Positions 18,994 to 30,537 of a stretch of DNA of 52,086 nt are shown one piece after another (the first letter of the stretch is position 1; each line of letters starts with the position of its first letter). This DNA comes from Klebsormidium nitens (taxonomy: Eukaryota; Plantae; Klebsormidiophyceae): the NCBI GenBank assembly GCA_000708835.1, contig DF237538.1, positions 1 through 52,086 on the forward strand, in the 5' to 3' direction. A model generated the notes under the pieces. That model was not told the origin of the DNA and made no database searches. It worked only from the letters and a program-made list of their open reading frames with translations. Position numbers and translations under genes: made by a program.

Positions 18994-19905
18994 TAAAATA
19001 GTCCGTCATACAGGAATGTTCAGGTACTCGTTTCTAGCACCTATTGCAGGACCGTGGCGTTCAGTACTGATTACCTTGTTCCAAAATTCCTCGGGCTCAT
19101 ACTCATAAGCAGAGCACTATCAGTTCGCCAACTCGAACCTCAAATCACGCTTTTTTTCAGCCAAAATTTGTGCTAGGAATGATACTTTTGGCACGGGTAG
19201 CGACTCTGTATTGACCTTCGAACCTACGCAGAGAGCCCCAACGAGGGGGGTGATAGATTTCTGGCAACTTGATGAGGTCCCAAAGGATGCTGAAAAACGA
19301 ACGGGAGAGTCGTCGGCTGGTTGGAGAGTTGCACTATGTGGCCCGCAACGTTCAGGGCCTCGAGCGGCACAAAAGGAGTTTCGTGGCAGCGCTGTCAAGG
19401 CTGGAATAAAGGAACTGTTTCTGAGAAAACTTCTTGGCAGGCGCCGTGGCGCCAACTAGCTCCTCCAAAACCTTGTTTGCAGAATTAGCTGTTTGCTCTT
19501 ATGTTTTTGGGTGAGGTCCAACTCGTCGAAGCACAGCCGTTCGATGAGTCGCGTTTCGAGCGCCGCAATCAGAAAGCAGTCCCTTAAGGGAAACACATGT
19601 GATCGGTTTAGCTTCGAATCGTAATCGAAGAGCTCCGATCGCCTGCTATGAAAACTCAATTTTTCGTATTTTGGCATGCCCAGTAGCAGTGCTCCTGTGA
19701 AAGCACAAGTTCGAGGGGCCACGGTGCACGGACTCAAGGCCAACTCTAAGATACTGTCACCTGCTGCGACTGTTTGACAGCTGCAAATCAATCCTTCTGA
19801 GGTAGAGGCCAGAGATCGCTTCTTGTCTTTGTGGAATATGCACCAGGAAAACTCGAGAACGAGAGGCAAATGCCAGAAAAAACGACAATTCTACAAAAAG
19901 AACCG

Positions 19906-20042
19906 AATAAGCCAAGATAATTTTGAGCTCCGACTAACACTCGAAAGCCCAAAAACACCTGCTCCGCACCCATGCCCGCCCTCACCACCGAACTAACCCT
20001 ACCCGTCTCAGTGCGCTTACCTCATTACTATCTCGGCTTATT
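19906..20042 (-). mobile_element. MITE-like element, copy 4 (SCPL-A intron 3, opposite orientation to copy 3)
   Basis: Reverse core gctccgcacccatgcccgccctcaccaccgaactaaccctacccgtctcag. Arms AATAAGCCAAGATAAT / ACTATCTCGGCTTATT. Confidence 0.6.
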
Positions 20043-22343
20043 ATCATCTTTTTGAATATACTCGAAAAACCGGCCGTGTTGTCAACAAGCTCACCAGCAG
20101 AAAATCGTACATGTCCTCAGACACGCCCTTCTCGGTGTGCACGATGTCACGCGGGTCGTGGCTATAACTAAATCCGGTGCCGATAGGCTGGTCCACGAAA
20201 ATCAGATTGGCTACCTGCACAATCGCGGGTCACGCTCCGACTTATAATTGTGTTTGCTTCTCTCGAGTGCCATTTACAGTCTCGGCTCTACAACTCCCTT
20301 TCACTGTTGAGACGGCTCTGGGTTCGAATTGCTGCACTTGCAGGAGAATAGAACAAGGTCGCTCTCTGCTTAGAGTCGCCATGGTGATACCGGCTTGATC
20401 GACGGGATTCGAAAAAGCTTCGAAGGTGTTTGATAGCTTCGTCCGATTGACTAACATCCAATGTCCTCATCATCGATGATGCAAAACTTGTACCAGGCCA
20501 AAGGAGGAGGAATGGTGCCTTCACCGCAGCGATCCGAAAATGACGTCATCTGCTCACAAGGCCCTCACAAGAAATCAACTTATGGACATGCCTCAAAATA
20601 GAGAACGGACGCGGATTTATTCACCTTATCCCAGCCATAAGGGTTCCAGCTGAAGCTCCAGTGTTTCGTTGTCAACCTTGAAGGGGCCGTTCTCCGCAAA
20701 CACGTCTAGCTCGCCTGAGCAACCAGGCCCTCCCGTCATCCATAAGACGACAGGGTTGGTAGACTTGTTTTCGCGGGACTCAAAGAAGAAGTAGAACATC
20801 CTGGCACAGGGAACTGGGGGGGTTTGAATAAGTAGAACATCCTGAGCAGATCAAATGGAGCCGGGGCGTTGACGTAGCCGGCGCAAAGTGCTCAAGACAG
20901 AACCCTTGCCAGTCTGTTGTGACTTGACTGATGTCACAAGGTGAACAAATGTCATTATCTTTGAAAGCAATTAGAAACAGTCAGGCAGGGGCTCAGTGCA
21001 TTAGTGAAGCCTGTGGGTGGGTTGCCAGTTTATGGAAGGGGCCAACGTACCACTTGTCTGTGTCGCCTCCGAATGAAGATGTTGTAACTGGCCTTCAAAA
21101 GGAGATGGTGTCAATGGAAGATAACCAGAATGAGGCACTTTCAGCCTTGCATTTTACCCTCACTCTTGACATCTGATTTTTGGACACTCTATTGAGTGCT
21201 TGCTAGGTTGCTGTTCTTGCACAGCAACAAACATCCACCTACCAGCAGCTTCCAATCAAGGAGGAAGTTCAAGAGTTTTGGACATTGACGGCGCACCTAG
21301 CATCGTGCGTCCGGTTGAGGCGGAAGTACCCTGCGTAGTGCCCCAAGTCCTCGTCAGCATTCTCCCCAGCCGGCATTAGCTTCACTGGACTCTCCATCAG
21401 CACTCCTTCCCTTATGCTTCCCTTATTCCCCGCCTCCTCATTGCTCCCCTCCCCTGACGGGCACCTTTTCTGACAAGGCCTCTTTCCCCAGGGTTTCTGG
21501 CATCTCAGCAGCCCCGACCCCTACTTCCGTCGCCTGGGGGGACGACACCCCCAGCTCTGAAGCAAAGGCCTCCAGCCTGGAAGCAGAGAGCTCGTCTTTG
21601 AAGGCATGCAATCTGTCGGAGAACTTGGATTCTACCCAGTCTCGAATGTACGCCATCTCTCGCTCCCAGGCCGGCTCTACGATGGTGCTTGCCGCTGCTG
21701 CCGTCAGGGTGAGGAGGAGCAGGAAGCACTGAAGGGCGGAGGGAGCCATATATTACGGATGTCAAGCCTCAAAGTGAATTAAGCAACTCCTTTTAGCAAC
21801 CAGCGTTCCAGCTTTGACTGCCCTGCTGCCTCACTTGAAAGTCAGACTCCTAGGTTCCAATGCCGTGTTCACATGCGTCTACAGGTTTGTGGCCTGCCAT
21901 TCTCTGCCTGTCACATTTGGACATCTATCATTGCTTTGTCGACCGTCTAGGATTGAAACCTGTTTAAGCCTTGGTCCTGCATCCTCAGGCCCGTCAAGGC
22001 CTCTCTATGAAAGGAGAAGCTTCTGCGGCGGCCTCGGCTCAGGGCTGCATGAGTAACGCAGGTCCTGCAGTTCTGCTGGCATTGCCAGCTCGGGCACCGC
22101 GGCCAGTCTGCAATATATTACCATTAGGTGCGAAGCTGCGGAAGTCGACAATTAACTGTGCTCTGCACAGCTTCTTTTGGGAATATGATCGAACACTCCG
22201 TCGAACACAGCTTCCTTGGGTGCGGAATTGACGGTACCGGTATGCTCCATCGCCGTCGATGATGCCAGGAATGATGCCATAAATGATGAACTCGGTCGGA
22301 GTCGGGTCCAGCTCAGCTTTGTCCAATCTCTCGTCACATACCT

Positions 22344-22708
22344 CTCATGCCATTTATATCCTGGCCCGGATCTTGCCAAACCTTTTCGTCCACTAACCCA
22401 AACCCACCGCTTTTTGCGGTACTTTGTAAAGGCTTTTGCAAGACGCCATTATTTAACAATCCACCACCTGCTCCGCGGCTAAAGCACACCTGAGACAGTC
22501 CAGACGAGGCCTTGCATGTGTCAAACAATGCAGAAAGGAGGAGATAGAAGTCCGCCATTGTCGTAACCTGGTGGAAGCCATGACCAGAACCCAAAAAGCG
22601 TACACAAAATGTATGTCGAAACCGTCCGATGGAAGTTCAACGGGGCTTCTGCGACCGTCCGATCAAAAAGTCCTGGCAAAATGCGGGCCAGGATATAAAC
22701 AGCATGAG
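22344..22708. repeat. 35-bp inverted repeat (4 mismatches) with about 295-bp spacer; probable transposon remnant
   Basis: 22344-22378 ctcatgccatttatatcctggcccggatcttgcca versus reverse complement of 22674-22708 ctcatgctgtttatatcctggcccgcattttgcca. Confidence 0.7.
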
Positions 22709-23125
22709 CCTACATACGGTAGCATACATCACGTATACCTACATCACATATACACGATCGTTCTTCTCGATATCCCGGTACGAAGTATCCGTCCTGCAGT
22801 GCCTTCCTGTCCGCAACGTGAATCGCTTTCACATGCATCGAAGCAAAGTGCTAGAATCTGAAAGAGAGGCCATTTGGAAAAGAAGTCGGGACTGGCACCC
22901 AAGTCCCAAATATAATAAGCACTTGATCACGACTTCATAAGTACCTTACAAAAGTCGCACTAGAATGGAGGCCAATTTGAGCAGCACAGAAAGAACAAAG
23001 ATGTTACCACTTGACTATTTTACACAAGCTTGCTTGCAAGTCGTCTTGAAAGTCTACAAAATCTACAGTATAGCAGGTTTTGACCTACAGCTTTTTGACT
23101 GAGAAATCAATGGGCGACCTCCCTG

Positions 23126-26100
23126 TCAGATGACGTAAGCGAGAGGCTGTGCAGCTTCATCGGCCATCTTTTCTCCACGTACGAACCTCCTCAGCATCTC
23201 AAGTGCGTTCTTCGGCTGATCCATTGGGACCTGCGGAAATGGCAAAGTGAGATTGTTGGAAATGTTGCTTGAATCGACACGGAGTAAGTGTCTTGCTGGT
23301 CACGAAGAGCTATTTTGAAGCGGTTGTCGAAACCAGACGCTGACGCAGATCGCAAATCTTTTGCCTTTCGGCTGCCCATGCAGAAGTTGCTCTCAGCTCT
23401 GCAAAGACTCTACTTCAAATCAGTGGCGCATTGAACACGGCAACCATGATACTTTATCCGAAATGAATCTTGTTGCCTGTCCTCTTGCGTATCAACCCAA
23501 TGCCACTACGCTTCCACAACCACCTCCCAAAGTAGTTCAATGAAACAGCTTCGTATACGCTCGATTCCACCAAGACAACGCCACATCGCACCTTAAAAAG
23601 ATAATTTTATTCGACCATGTTCTCCTGCTCAACGCCAGCATCATTTAGGATTGCGCCCAAGCAAGTCAACACATGCTCCCCCTTGCCTCGTCGCTTTCTA
23701 AACAGAGGGCGTCCTAGAAAGAACGCATACGTGACACAAAATGATGTGCACGGGTAGAATCGTAAAAGTCGCGACGACTCACCAGGTGTCCCGCGTCCTT
23801 CACCTGGAAACAAAGATGGAGGAGATGTCAAAACAAATGCGGACTAAGCAATGCAGATGGTAGCCCACAAGTTTTGAACTTACTAACGAGGCGTGGAATT
23901 TTCATCAGACGCTTTGAGGGTGCGCTGGTAGATATCACATCAGCGGTTTCGGATTCCGCAAGGTCACGAGGAGCGGTTTGACAAAAAGCCTTCTCGTTCT
24001 CAGCCTTCTCTTCTCGTTTCTTTTCTGCTTTATTAGGACCGTAAGGTAGACCCGATAGCAGCGCAAAAAAAACTTTACGAACGCCACAGCTCGAAAGGGC
24101 ATTGACATGTCCGCACTTGAAACCGGCGTGTTCCCCCTCTTTAATGAAGTCTATCCATGTGCACTGTGAAAGAATGTACGCAGCACACAAATGCCGACAA
24201 CCTTGTGCTGATCATGTGAGGACTTCCAGGAAAGCACCAAAGGTTTTGAATCGAAGCTCTTAGTGCCCACCTTGAGAAACCCGAGCTGGTCGGTTCCGGT
24301 GAAGTTACCGGCTAACTGCCCGTCAACCGTGAAGTTAACCCAGGGCGCCTTGTTGTACGCTTCCTGGCCCGACCACTCCATGACCGCCACCCACCGAGAG
24401 TTGCCTGAGAGTGAAAAGCAATCCGTTTAACCAGTATACCCGCTCGCTTTCCTGGAGTGAATTGACGGAACGGAAGGAAGGAGAACGCGGACTCCCGGCA
24501 GGTCGGTCTCGGGACCCCCCTCGGCCATAATTCGACGGTTCGGAAAGGTCTTGTTGTCAATCTCAACCGTCGATACCCTGGGGTTATAGCCAAGGGGGCT
24601 TGCGAGGGATGGCCAGGAGTCCGTGTTTCCCCTTCGTCCGTCACGAGAAGAGCTTCTTGAAACTTTTTCGACAGAGAGGTAGGGCTAGGGCTTCAAATGC
24701 CCGCTCAAGCGGAATTTTACGTGTAAGTGCACTATTCCTCGACCAACCATGAGCCGACACTCAACGCGAATCGACTGAGCAAATGTGAGAAGATCAGCCC
24801 CAGAGGCTTTGTATCTCCATCGGGATGCATCGATCCAGGCTGCTTGCAGCGTCACAAGTGTCTGCACGTTACTATATTGCTCATCGACACAATTGCCGAA
24901 ACAGACCATGTAACCGTATGAACCATGGTAAAACTCATACCTGGCAACTTGTTCTGACCTCGCCATTGATCCGTCCAAAGTCACCCACAAGATATCTACT
25001 CGCCCCCGCCAAAGTCGGCATAATTCGAAGTGGAAGAGAACCCTCTCTTCAAACCCCACGGCCGCCATGGTTACAGACACTCACCGACCCAGTTGCAGAT
25101 GAAGTCAAACTCGCCCGCATAGTTCAGAAAGCGGATTCCGTCCTCCAGGAGCGCCGGAATCTTGGGCTCCAGGCTGCGCATGATGTCCGCCAGCATCGCC
25201 GTCTGAATCTTTGGACTGGCACAAGAAGGCGAAACAAAAAGTGGTGTCAAAGAAGGAAGCCTAAAAGTTCCGGGCGCCCACCTAGCCAGTTGCAGATGAA
25301 GTCATCTTCCCCTGCGTAGACGAGAACCTTTACGCCGTCCTCCAGCATGGCCGGAATGACCGGCTCTGAGTTGCGCATCCAGTCGGCCAGCATGGCCGTG
25401 TGAACCGTGGGGCTGCAGGGCGCAACTAAACCAGTTAAGGCGCCTAACCAAGCTGATAACTAAGGAAGATTGAGACCCACGACCCAACTGATTTTGGGGG
25501 CAAATAAGTGCCCTGCTCAACGGACTGATATTGCTCTGAGAAACCAAAGTTGAAGCGAATATCGACCATTACTGCCAGATAGGGCGTACGGCGGCAGTGC
25601 GCGCCTGGTAAAATCTGACCGGACATGGGCTGTCTAGAAAAGCGGTCCCAGGTGGTTGACGAGGCTGCCTAAAACATGTGATCAGGCTCGTTGAAGAGCA
25701 AATCCAAAGTTCGACCCGATCCTCGTATGCGTCCGTCTGAGCAACTCTGTATGCAAAGTCGTGAGAGGATGGACGGCGCGACTTAGAAAGCGCAACCGAG
25801 GGTTTCGTTCTCTCAATGCCGCTCAAAGGGCGGAGGCGGGGAACAGAAAAGATGGTGCTCATCCTAATTTTGCAACCCAAAAGTGCCTCAGATCGTGTGA
25901 ATCGAAAGGGTACTAGCATTTACGAGTATCGCAGTAAACGGGTCAAGCCCGGAGGTTCGAGGTTTGAAGTTCGTCACATATTTTGGGGGCCATGCGAGTC
26001 GTAGGAGTATCAACAGAATATGATACAGCCTTCAGAAGACACAGCAAAGGTGTGAAGAGACGGTCGAAGGAAAGGAGGACGAGTTTGCCCCGTGTACTTA

Positions 26101-29100
26101 CGACATGGACCATTCTTGCCCGTCAAACTCAGAACAGCAGGTCTCATAAATGACGCCTTTCCTTATTATTCACCCCTAGAGAGAATATCAAGCAAACAGA
26201 AAGGCTCAGAATAAATATCAAGCAAACAGAAAGGCTCAGAATAAACATTTCCAAATTAAGGTGAAAGGAAAGGGAAAAGGTATACAGCGCGCACCTGCAG
26301 GCCACCCAGTAGCGGTCCTCCACTCCGAGCTCCTTCTTGACGGCGGGCTGGTTCAGGAAGCGGTCCAGGTACGAAAAGTCGTAGCACAGCGGCGCGACGT
26401 CGCACTTCTTGCGGATGTCGTACACCTGCCGGGGGGCGCACCAACACGTATTCAGTTCCACCGTTGGTGTCTTCTAAATGATTCTTCAGCCTCACAATAA
26501 ATAATCTCGCAGGGTTCTTCACTGGAGAACACTCAAACTCCAAAGTGACAAGTGAGAACTCGGGCTCCGACGTTGATCTTGTCGGCTTCCGTGAGAATGC
26601 GCACAACGAGCGTCTGGCTGATGTAGACCCACTACGACACAGCTGAGGAAGCCCTCGATGCTTTTCAAACATTATCGGCCTCGCAAACAACTCTGACTCG
26701 GCGGGACTTTGTAGCTCGAAAGTATTAAACTTTTCAAGGTTTACGGGAAAAAAGAAGCTTCCTCTCGTTGATGTTGTTGGCGTCCGCCAGTATGCGCAAA
26801 ACAATCGTCTGGCAAATGAAGAGCGCCGCAATGCAGATGATGGAGCCCTGGTGCTTTCAGAAACAGTTCTGAGCCTCACAAAAAGAGACTGATTTGTCCG
26901 ATACTTGCACCTCGAACTATCATTTTCAAGAAAAATGATGAGAGTTCCGGGCTCTCACGTTAATGTTGTTCGCCTCCGCCAGTATGCGCACGACGATCGT
27001 CTGGCAGATGTAGAGCGCCGCAATGCAGCTGATGGAGCCCTTGGTGCCGCACGCGTGGATGGCCATGGCGCAAACCGGGTACTTGATGCGCAGCCCCTCG
27101 TACGTGATCTTGGAAATCAGGTGGTTCTGGTACGCGAAATCGGCGTATGCGCCGTATTGGATGTCGGGTTGCGTGAGGCCGTTCCCAATTGCAATGCCCT
27201 GCAGAGAGCGAGAAACAGGTCTGAAATGTACCAGCTTCAAGGGACTCTTGACGAACCAAAGTGTGGTTGCAAACGGGATGCAAGCATTTCTTAAGCTCGG
27301 ACTTGACAGGCCGGTTCCGGGTAGAAAGCTCTGGGAAGAAGTGCCGTTCCTAACCACAATGCCAGATCTGAAAGTTCTTCAGCGACACTAAATGCTTTCA
27401 AGAAGATTCTCGTAAGATATTTCAGGCTTTGGAGGGCTCTCTGCAGGGCGTCTTTGTGCTACGGTTCTGAAGAAGTTGTAAATGCTCAATGCGCTGAGTC
27501 ATTCTCAGCGCTGTAGTACTGAATGTCGGGCTGTGTCAGGGCGTTCAATCGCGAGGCCCTGCACAAAGCAAGGGTTCCGACAATCTCCTTTAACGTTAGG
27601 TACTGGATGCCAGACAAACGCTGTGCAGAGTCTGGTCCACTTTCGGGGTGAGAAACCTCGACGGTGTCACGAGGATATTGCAAGCACAATACGTAGCCAC
27701 AGGGGACATTCACTGCTGCTTGATCTCAGGCATCCAGGCGACCGCCAGCATCAACGTCAGTGGGCTGATGATCACAAACTGATCGTGGAGCAGGTTTTCG
27801 ACTGATCCCTACTGGAGCAAATCCAGTGAAAACTCCTCGAGATAGGAGAGACCAGACGAAATTGTGCTTTCGCGACTTGACTGACAATGGGGCGGTGCGA
27901 AAAGACTTTTGAGTTGGCGAAAACCGAAGCATGCGCACCTTGAGGTTGAGGTGCGGCCCCTGCTTGGCCTTGTTCATGGCGTGCACCTTGGCGGCGACCG
28001 CGGGGACGTAGTGGCCAGCATACGATTCGCCGGTGATGAAGAAGTCGTGGTCCTTGTACTCGGGGTGCGCTTCGTAGAAGGCCTGCACGGGAAATGATAA
28101 CAAGCATTGAGTTCATTTGAGATACGGCTAGGTTGAGATAGGTCAACGTCGGAGGAACGGATGGGATTAGTTTGGGGGTTAACGAGGGTCCAGGTGCGGA
28201 GCGCGATGGCTTTATGTCCGGGATTTCAAGCGATGCGTCCTCCCGGTTTTCTGTTGGTTTTCTCAGCGTGGCTCAACTCAACCTGAAAATGAGACTTGCT
28301 AGTGGGACGTGGATATAAAGACGCCGAGGAAGCTGGAAGAAAGGATTTGATCGAGCGAGTCCGTGTATGTGAGAATCTAATGAACCGGCCAAGACAGGAA
28401 GCTTGTACAGGACGCTTGCAAGGCAGAAAGCTGGGACAGTTGCCTGACACCCCTGCCCGACAAGAGGTGTCCTCCCCGGAAAGATCCCGTTCTGATTACA
28501 TGAGGTTCTGCCTGTGAGAGGCCTGTAGGAACTGGGAGAAGGTGCTTTGAGGATGCTGTGACGGCTCGATGAGATGCTGGTGTCTGGTGCGGTCCTAGGG
28601 TCTGATGGCTGGAGTGACGAAGTCGTCAAGTTCCTCAGGAAGTCGCAATCTGTAGTCATGATATTTGACACCCCGCAAAAGATGCCCGGAAAAATCATGT
28701 GAGGCTGCCGCGCTGAGTTTGACGAAGGTTCTGGAAATGAGCAGTGGTGTCTAGAGACAGCACGAAAAAGATGGATACCTAGTGCAAGAAGCTAAAGCTG
28801 GCCGGAAGAGGTTAACCTACGAAACAGGCTACGAAGACCGTCTACTTAGCGGTTGTAAATCCCTCTTGAGGCAGAGGCGGCAAAGGGCTTCATTGGCTAG
28901 TTCTGTACCAGGACGCTCGATCACGGCAGACACGCAAAGAGAAAAGCGGCCAGATTGTTGTGAGGCTCACCAGCAGGAAATCGTACATGTCCTCAGACAC
29001 GCCCTTCTCGGAGTGCACGATGTCACGCGGATCGTGGCTGTAACTGAAGCCGGTGCCAATAGGCTGGTCCACATACACCAGGTTGGACACCTGCAAAAAC

Positions 29101-30537
29101 GGCAGATATCATCCTGACTTTGACTTCGTTTATTTTGTTCCTGTCGCTTGTTTTCCCTGAAAAGTCTGATCATAGAACTGTTGTCACGCTTTGACGACCC
29201 CTGCTGTTCAAGTTGCTTTGGTTTCACTTTGCCTCAATTATACATGAGCATACTTGATACCCATTGAATCAGTACGAGGTTGCTCAGGTAGGGATTGTCA
29301 ATTTCAGAAAAGCTTGGTCTGGGACTAGACGTCCAATGTCCAAGTCAGGCACAATCAAAGATGCAAGATGTGTTCCTAGGCAAAGAACCAAGCTTGGGGC
29401 CTTTAGCAACTCGAAAGCGACTCGGCACAGCAACTGGAAAGTGACTTATCTGCTCGAACCTGACACACGGTAACTCCATTCAATCAACTGGCCTCCATAA
29501 CAACTAAAGATGCAAGTTCAAATACCTTGTCCCAGCCATATGGATTCCAGCTTAGTTCCAGTGTTTCGTTGTCGATCTGGAAGGGGCCATTCTCCGCAAA
29601 GACTGCCAGCTCGCTCGAGCACCCGGGACCTCCCGTCATCCACAGGACGATAGGGTCGGTCGACTTGTTGCCGCGAGACTCAAAGAAGAAGTAGAACATC
29701 CTGAGCAAAAGAAATCGACGGGGTTTTCACGTGCTCTGTGAACTGCGTGTGGAACACCCCTGGTGGTGTTACCGAAAGCCTAAGCTGAATCACAATAAGA
29801 ACAGAGTTGGGGACTCTGTGCACTGATTAAACCTGATGCAGTGGTGGCGGTGTTTTGTGGAATCCTGAATTATAATAGTACACATCTCACATATTTCTCA
29901 AATACCTGGCCTCCAGAACAGAGATCAACATGATCAAAATGGGACACTTTTAGCCTCACGATATCCCTCGCTCTTCACGTCCCTCGCTTCAAAACTCTAT
30001 CCAATACTTGCACTGCAACAAGCATCCACCACGAGATGATGAAGAATGAAGAAGTTCAAGCAATCACCACTCAACTCTGACGACTCACCTTGCATCGTGC
30101 GTCCGATTCAGGCGGAAGTACCCTGCGTAGTGCCCCAGGTCCTTATCAGCATTCTCCCCAGCCGGCATTAGGTTCAGTGGTCTCTCTACCAACAATCCCT
30201 CCCTTCTGCTTTCCTCATTCCCCGCCTCCTCACTTCTTCCCTCCCCTGACGACACCACTTCTGACAGGGCCTCTTTCCCCAGGGTTTCTAGCATCTCAGC
30301 AGCCCCCACCCCCTCCATCGCCTGGGGGGACGACACCCCCAGCTCTGAAGCAAAGGCTTTCAGTCTTGAAGCGGAGAGCTCTTCTTCAAATGCATGCACG
30401 CCATCGGTGAACTTGGTTTCGATCCAGTCTCGCACGTCCGCTATCTCGCGCTCCCAGGCCGGCTCTGCAAGGGTGCTTGCTGCGGCTGCCGTCAGAGTGA
30501 GGAAGAGAAGGAAGCGGTGCAGGGTGGAGGAAGCCAT
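23126..30537 (-). CDS. SCPL: Serine carboxypeptidase-like (peptidase S10, SCPL48/49 / carboxypeptidase Y type) paralogue B, intact, 549 aa
   Basis: Exons 30537-30089, 29700-29526 (WMTGGPGCSS), 29090-28971 (VDQPIGTGFSY), 28082-27939 (GESYAGH, catalytic Ser), 27198-26959 (GIAIGNGLT), 26425-26295, [25412-25282 or 25215-25085] (catalytic Asp), 24404-24271, 23803-23783 (VKDAGHL, catalytic His) and 23230-23126 (VPMDQPKNALEML...*). Total 1650 nt, all introns GT-AG, N-terminal signal peptide. Confidence 0.95.
25085..25215 (-). CDS. Alternative exon 7b of SCPL-B (candidate mutually exclusive exon)
   Basis: 131 nt, flanked by CCAG and GTGAGT, same phases as 7a. Encodes (S)PKIQTAMLADIMRSLEPKIPALLEDGIRFLNYAGEFDFICNWV(G) with no stops. 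Confidence 0.85.
25282..25412 (-). CDS. Alternative exon 7a of SCPL-B (candidate mutually exclusive exon)
   Basis: 131 nt, flanked by GCAG and GTGGGC. Encodes (S)PTVHTAMLADWMRNSEPVIPAMLEDGVKVLVYAGEDDFICNWL(G). Confidence 0.9.
26184..26244 (+). repeat. 30-bp tandem duplication in an SCPL-B intron
   Basis: aatatcaagcaaacagaaaggctcagaata occurs twice in tandem. Confidence 0.9.
28117..28283 (+). mobile_element. MITE-like element, copy 5, degenerate (SCPL-B intron 3)
   Basis: Core ggaacggatgggattagtttgggggttaacgagggtccaggtgcggagcgcg, with weak arms containing GGTTGAG / CTCAACC. Confidence 0.45.

Larger units (their letters stand above)
15166..21749 (-). pseudogene. SCPL: Serine carboxypeptidase-like (peptidase S10, SCPL48/49 type) tandem paralogue A, disrupted
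   Basis: Exons 21749-21297, 20800-20625, 20214-20095, 18807-18664 (GESYAGH), 17977-17738, 17071-16938, 16482-16352 (AGEDDFICNW), 15823-15690 and 15186-15166 (VKDAGHM). Versus paralogue B it has a +1 frameshift in exon 1 (about 21460), a +1 frameshift in exon 2 (176 vs 175 nt), an in-frame TAA in exon 6 (tgc taa vs tgc tac), and no recognisable last exon. Confidence 0.85.

Noticed and set aside
22152-22379. Possible Tc1/mariner DDE transposase fragment (NSAPKEAVFDGVF)
   Set aside because: Resemblance to the PxxSPDLNPIE motif is too weak and no other catalytic motifs are visible.
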